Positions 5,719 to 5,957 of a stretch of DNA of 5,957 bases are shown here, in pieces. Numbering within the stretch: the first letter of the stretch is position 1; each line of letters starts with the position of its first letter. The notes below the pieces were generated by a model that was not told the DNA's origin, ran no database searches, and saw only the letters and a program-made list of their open reading frames with translations. The position numbers were made by a program, and so were the translations under genes. The DNA comes from Candidatus Nanopusillus sp. (lineage in GTDB: Archaea; Nanobdellota; Nanobdellia; Nanobdellales; Nanobdellaceae), in assembly GCA_046536775.1 (NCBI GenBank), contig JAWDMD010000027.1, positions 1 to 5,957 of the forward strand, given 5' to 3'.

Positions 5719-5957
5719 TTACTTCTTTAACAATGTACTAAGTGCCTTTACTATTTCATCCATAATTTGTTTCCCTTCACCAGCTTCTATTATAGCAGCA
5801 GCAGATGCTTGTGTATTTATACCACAGGCCTGTCCCAATTTTTGTTTTGAAGAAACATATACATAAATTACTCCCTTTTCTTCACATAATGCTGGTATAT
5901 GCATTACTATTTCTGGAGGATCTACATCTAATGCAATTGCTACCAATTTTGCCTGTC
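5719..5957 (-). CDS. rpl7ae: 50S ribosomal protein L7Ae (also the K-turn-binding subunit of C/D and H/ACA sRNPs and RNase P), 5'-truncated by window edge
   Basis: The translation ..[78 protein letters not shown] matches the conserved C-terminal two-thirds of archaeal L7Ae (pattern AKLV-I-A-DVDP-EIV-H-P-LCEEK-I-Y-YV-SK--LG-A-G). The M at 5946 in the ORF track is an internal TTG (Leu) codon. The frame stays open to the window end (..CAG GCA AAA TTG..). The stop is TAA at 5719..5721. Confidence 0.9.
   Translation of the reverse strand, partial: QAKLVAIALDVDPPEIVMHIPALCEEKGVIYVYVSSKQKLGQACGINTQASAAAIIEAGEGKQIMDEIVKALSTLLKK

Noticed and set aside
5944-5946. The start codon given for the 75-aa L7Ae ORF in the track.
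   Set aside because: The codon is TTG, and the frame remains open upstream to the window edge (..Q-A-K-L-V-A-I-A..). This matches the internal AKLV segment of L7Ae, so it is an internal Leu and the gene is 5'-truncated by the window.
1-5957. CRISPR arrays, tRNA/rRNA genes, IS/transposase or integrase genes, toxin-antitoxin pairs, or recognisable defence genes.
   Set aside because: Nothing was seen. The five minus-strand genes leave only 155 nt unaccounted for. No direct-repeat/spacer periodicity, inverted terminal repeats or cloverleaf-compatible GC-rich segments are visible.

Overview
The window is very AT-rich and about 97% coding by my coordinates (155 nt non-coding). All five genes lie on the minus strand. 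The content looks archaeal: an L7Ae ribosomal protein gene, TATA-like octamers 21-22 nt upstream of two ATGs (leaderless-type promoters), and oligo-T runs after stop codons. In order of transcription (high to low coordinates): (1) the 3' part of rpl7ae, cut by the window edge; (2) an orphan 331-aa protein whose last 68 residues are a Q/N/P-rich low-complexity tail; (3) 16 nt downstream, a large 535-aa GT-B glycosyltransferase with an EX7E motif; (4) a complete PEP synthase (ppsA), whose true start is 29 codons inside the listed ORF; (5) an ORF missing from the supplied track because it runs off the window start. Its ATG directly follows the ppsA stop (TAAATG), and it looks like a T2SS-F/PilC/FlaJ-type membrane platform protein. 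I saw no tRNA, rRNA, CRISPR array, IS element or intein. The most unusual element is the orphan Q-tail protein apparently co-transcribed with the atypical glycosyltransferase. I cannot assign a function from sequence alone, and calling it a novel system is a hypothesis, not a demonstration.
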